From assembly GCA_002269645.1 (NCBI GenBank), contig NIVC01002193.1:1-64000 (forward strand): DNA of 64,000 nucleotides, in the 5' to 3' direction. A program made the position numbers and the translations under genes. The stretch's first letter is position 1. Each line of letters begins with the position of its first letter. This document shows positions 59,515 through 64,000 of the stretch, piece by piece. The notes beneath the pieces were generated by a model. It made no database searches and was not told the DNA's origin. It saw only the letters and a list, made by a program, of their open reading frames with translations. The DNA comes from Macrostomum lignano (Eukaryota).

Positions 59515-59922
59515 GAGACTCAGAGCTGGTCCGAGCCGACCCCAGTCGACGCGAAAACCGCTCGAGTCCGGCTGCGCCAGCTCCCCGAGCTGAAGCCGGG
59601 GCGCCGACGCAACTTTCTACTGTGCCCGACGGCGACGGTGACACAGACTTCCAATAGCGATTCTGACGCCTACCAGCTGCACGTGCTGGCAGGCGAGGCC
59701 GTGTTCACCTACCGAGTCGAGTCCGTTTCCGAGGAGAAGCTGCTGCGCATTGCCGGCGCCAGCAACTCATTCCCCGACCTCAAAGACCTGGTGCGCCACT
59801 ACGAGTCCAACCCACTGCCGCCGCCGCAGCCCGATGACTGCGTCGAAGAAGACGACATCTACGAGCCCATCGAGCTGGTGCCGGAGAGACTCGTGCTGGA
59901 CAGTGGAGTCGCTGACTGTTGA
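59515..59922 (+). CDS. VAV: Vav-like protein, exon 3 (SH2-like domain and acidic Tyr tail)
   Basis: catccctcccAG|gag (phase 0); W...A..RL...NFLLC...FTYRV...[16 protein letters not shown] fits an SH2 fold; TGA at 59920-59922. Confidence 0.75.
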   Translation, partial: ETQSWSEPTPVDAKTARVRLRQLPELKPGRRRNFLLCPTATVTQTSNSDSDAYQLHVLAGEAVFTYRVESVSEEKLLRIAGASNSFPDLKDLVRHYESNPLPPPQPDDCVEEDDIYEPIELVPERLVLDSGVADC

Positions 59923-60559
59923 TATTCATCCATTTTTACTTGACTCTCATCTTCATTTGCTCCGTAATATGCGGTAGGAAATCCGGTATTAAAATATTTA
60001 TTCGAGGAAAAGTAGTCCTGGTATGATTCACATAAAGTTTAATCACAGGTAAATCTATTTTTGAACTCCCCATTCACTTAGAAATTCATGTTTTTAATAC
60101 CTCTAACATGGAAGGAACTGTGACCCAAAGCGAACTCGGCAATCTGTAAGAAGGCAGTGTTCCCGCAGTGAAGACAGGTTTGAGTTACGAAGCCGAGTAG
60201 TTTGTCATGCTCTATTGCCATCCGTGTACTCAATTTTAATTTTTATTGGATTTGTCGGATTTACTTAGTTATTACTCCAGACACCCGCGGAGGAACGCAT
60301 CTCTAAGTTTGTTTGTCTGGCTAGCGCGCGCTTGTTTTTTTTATCTCTACAACCTACTTTAAGTAGCTTCTGCGAAATCTGTAACTATGAACAAACAAAT
60401 TTTTTTATTGTTTAAAAAAATTAGCAAGTACGCTTTAAAAACCTTCTTACGCTGCGAGCACCTTAAGTAACTCCTTAAGCGACGTTTCATCCGTTCAAAT
60501 TGGCTAAAACATTTGTCAGAAATGCTTGGTTGACTCAATATGACGTCAGCCTATGGTGT

Positions 60560-61490
60560 CAGAGGCGTCAGGGACTTTTGTATTGGGTGTCAGATATGTC
60601 ACATTATAAGCAAAATAGGTGTCAAATGCGTCAAATTTGCTTTCAGATGCGTCAAATTTGGTGTCAGATGCGTCTAATTTGCTTTCAGGTGCGTCAAATT
60701 TGGTGTCAGATACGGAAAATTTGGTGTCAAATGTGTCAAATTTGGTGTCAGATACGGAAAATTTAGTGTCAGATACGGTTAATTTAGTGTCAAATGTGTC
60801 AAATTTAGTGTCAGATACGGATAATTTAGTGTCAAATGTGTCAAATTTAGTGTCAGATACGGATAATTTAGTGTCAGATACGGAAAATTTAGTGTCAGAT
60901 ACGGAAAATTTCGTGTCAGATACGGATAATTTCGTGTCAGATACGGAAAATTTAGTGTCAGATACGGAAAATTTAGTGTCAGATACGGAAAATTTCGTGT
61001 CAGATACGGATAATTTAGTGTCAGATACGGATAATTTAGTGTCAGATACGGATAATTTAGTGTCAGATACGGAAAATTTCGTGTCAGATACGGAAAATTT
61101 GGTGTCAGATACGGAAAATTTAGTGTCAGATACGGAAAATTTAGTGTCAGATACGGAAAATTTAGTGTCAGATACGGATAATTTAGTGTCAGATACGGAT
61201 AATTTGGTGTCAGATGCGTCAAATTTCGTGTCAGATACGGAAAATTTGGTGTCAGATACGGAAAATTTGGTGTCAGATACGGAAAATTTAGTGTCAGATA
61301 CGGAAAATTTAGTGTCAGATACGGAAAATTTCGTGTCAGATACGGAAAATTTGGTGTCAGATACGGAAAATTTGGTGTCAGATACGGAAAATTTGGTGTC
61401 AGATACGGAAAATTTGGTGTCAGATACGGAAAATTTGGTGTCAGATACGGAAAATTTGGTGTCAGATACGGAAAATTTAGTGTCAGATAA
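60560..61490. repeat. 21-bp minisatellite (GTGTCAGATACGGAAAATTTA)
   Basis: Tandem array with a degenerate left edge; the 291-327 aa ORFs on both strands are artefacts. Confidence 0.96.
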
Positions 61491-62607
61491 GTGAACTTTG
61501 GCTAAAGAAGAACCAGAAGAAGATTCCACGATTCAAGTTCCTGCCAATTTCTGAGTATCTGAAGCAGATTTTACTTCCAAAAGCATTCATGGTTGATAAG
61601 GACAAAAAAGGGGGCTTGAATTTATCTGCTAAACACACACTTCCACTAGCCCGCGTGCAGTCCAGGCTATATAGATAATGCTGTGCAAACAGCATTCGAG
61701 TACAATATGCTAGCGAGAAATTAGGTTCGTATCTGCTATCACAATGACTGCTTTTTTGTTTTGCTGGGGTCAACTGCTGCCCCCTGTCTCTGCAGGGACT
61801 GAAACTCCAAGTCCAACAAGCATGCAGTGTTATCTTGGCCGCGTCTTTGTTGTCCTCACTGGCTTTAATCCGGTTCTTATTAAAGTTTCTTCAGCTAGTA
61901 CCTAATTAAAAGCCGCTTGAATAGGAAAACTCCAATTCAAGCCTAAAGCTAAAATTAAAAAAAAGATCAAAAGTTATTTTGAAAAAAACAGAATCGTTTT
62001 TATTTTAGCTATAATTAAATTTCTAAAATATTGACATCGCAAATGTAGATAGCAAAAGCTGCAAACTTATGGGGTATGTAATATTGTGAGCGATCATAGG
62101 GTATAACAAATGGGTAAGCAAACCAACAACAATGTGATTGTCTACCGTCTACAGAAGCTGCAAATTTGAGTTGAGGCAGAAAGAAAGTTTCAATCGTCTT
62201 GTTAATAGTGAAAGGGCCTGCCTGCCAGTTGTGACATTCAAAACGGAGTCCGAATAAATTAAAAAAATGTTTATTTCGCTTGTAAATAATTGCTGATATC
62301 AAATCTCGGGGTCTCAGGGCCACTGATTTATATATAGGTAAATGATCAACTTTGTAACCCCAGGTCAGCGGGGGTGGGGGTGACAGTCTGGTGACACTTA
62401 TCAATAGGCAACCCCAATGACGGGGCCATCAAACGAAATATTTCTATCCGGCGCCTGGGTGGCGTCAGACTTGCATAGTTTGAAGGGCTATAAAAAAAAA
62501 TTATAAAATGTTGAGCACTGAGGTCACGGGTTGCCCCAGCTCTAGTTAGCTTTCGAAATACCGAATTGAGTTTTTGCTAATTATTCAATTAAAATAGCTA
62601 ATTCACA

Positions 62608-62916
62608 TAATAATATTAATAATAATTGATTACAGCTGCCTTAATAAGCAGATGTGCAACCGACAGCTCAGCCGCAGCTATTGCGCGGCGCATCTGAAGG
62701 CTGCGTACGGCTGTTCAGTCCAAGGACTGGGGGGTCACCACACAAACCCTCAATTACCCCAGCTGATGCTGGCACCCATTTTACAGCTGGGAGAACTGAA
62801 GCAATGCAGAGTTAAGTGTCTTGCTCAAGGACACAAATTGTTCCAGTGGGATCAGGAATCGAACCCCCGACCTTCAAGTCGTGAGTCCGACGCTCTAACC
62901 ACTAGGCTGCAACCCC
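62608..62916 (-). mobile_element. CORE-type SINE, family 2, copy D
   Basis: Homologous to 56340-56661; possible degenerate TSD (ctaattcacat on both sides). Confidence 0.87.
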
Positions 62917-63455
62917 ACATGAAAACTAATTCACATGAAAACGATGTACATGCAGTGACAATGGTACAACGGACAATACACAAATTTTCATGTACACACA
63001 GATTTGCTCACCAAGTTGCAAAATTAATAAGATATAATAACAGCGATCTAAAGTTGGAAATAAATAGAACAAAAAACAGGTTATGAATTATGATTTCTCC
63101 TCCTGGTTAATAGATACATGGCAGTAAGCACACAAATTCATTGCCCGAATGAACAAATGTTTGCTGCACAATTGAACATGTTCTAGTTCCATTGCCCACA
63201 AGGCTCCACTGAGCCACTTGACGCAGCCAGACCGCAACAGACTGCAACTGTTGGCGAGGGAAAAAGCAGCCTATGAGCTGCGTTGCATAAATTCATTTCT
63301 GGCACCCTAAATAGCCTCCAACAGTTTAATAGCATGATTATAAGATTAAACATTAATGTACATCTATTGGCACTGCGTCTGCAGTGCTTCAAGCGCCTCA
63401 CAGGGTGCAGGAGGGGTGGCGAGGTGCGAAGTGAAGGCTAATAGGCGTGCAGAAA

Positions 63456-63668
63456 CTAGCATTGAGACTGTAAAAAAGCGCGCAGATGTAGCAGGAGCAG
63501 CAATGTAGCAGCAGCAACAACAGCTAATAGGAAAGCCAAGCTCGCATTCAGTCGGTACTTCGCACTCTCTAGGAATAGACGCTGACCGACTTGCCGGCGT
63601 GAGACTCGTCGTTTCGCAACATCGTGGTTCGGTCGCTGTTGCTTCTGGGATCCTCTTTGCTTGCCGGG
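63456..63668 (-). CDS. Possible terminal exon of a gene extending beyond the window (C-terminal hydrophobic tail)
   Basis: Acceptor tttcctccgcactgcAG|ccc; frame ends ...NASLAFLLAVVAAATLLLLLHLRAFLQSQC*; no homology recognised. Confidence 0.3.
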   Translation of the reverse strand, partial: PGKQRGSQKQQRPNHDVAKRRVSRRQVGQRLFLESAKYRLNASLAFLLAVVAAATLLLLLHLRAFLQSQC

Positions 63669-64000
63669 CTGCAGTGCGGAGGAAACGATAAACGACTGAT
63701 TGATAGGTCCTAGCCAGCAGGTCAAATGGAAAGTAAAACAGAGCGAAAAATATCAGTAGATTGTGGATTAGTAAATCTATTATGCTTTAATAACGAAAGC
63801 GAAGGGCAGAAAAATGCAGAGGAAAATTACCTACATGGTTCATTCGGAGTTACGAGCTCTTGCACTATCGGTACCTAATCGAAGCGCACATTTTTAAATA
63901 ACAATTAAATCTGCGATTTTCTGTCAATATTTATTGAATCTGTGTTTGGGAATGTTCAATACGGCCCTTATTGAATATTAAGCAACTTTTCTTTACCTTA

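Noticed and set aside
60546-61529. 327-aa (SDTKFSV)n and 291-aa (SDTENLV)n repeat proteins
   Set aside because: Stop-free frames on both strands follow from a 21-bp satellite unit; no unique flanking coding sequence.

Overview
Eukaryotic (animal) genomic DNA: GC/CpG-rich exons, GT-AG introns and abundant micro/minisatellites. The style resembles a free-living flatworm such as Macrostomum (inference, not verified). Six protein-coding loci were reconstructed by hand. (1) A secreted LamG/ConA-like lectin-domain gene (-, 2829-1886) with a 1-nt frameshift. (2) A 4-exon FAM78 homolog (+, 3677-10080). (3) A 5-exon CCDC96/CFAP184 (-, 15488-11804). (4) A 4-exon GIGYF (+, 28652-35068). (5) A 4-exon tandem-C2 synaptotagmin-like gene (+, 51155-55774). 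(6) A degenerate Vav-like CH-DH-PH-C1-SH2 gene (+, 57297-59922) with a 1-nt frameshift. A possible last exon of a seventh gene lies at the right edge. The AT-rich 13 kb between CCDC96 and GIGYF holds four DNA-transposon types: a head-to-tail non-autonomous Helitron dimer carrying telomere-like repeats and a minisatellite, a 3-kb long-TIR element with 9-bp TSD (MULE-like), a hAT-like MITE, and a decayed, strongly CpG-depleted DD37D (maT) Tc1/mariner. Two tRNA-derived SINE families are present (3 and 4 copies; one has a CORE/MIR-like domain). Many introns are short introns inflated by unrelated tandem arrays. Most long ORFs in the supplied track are repeat artefacts. No rRNA, intact tRNA or CRISPR array was found.
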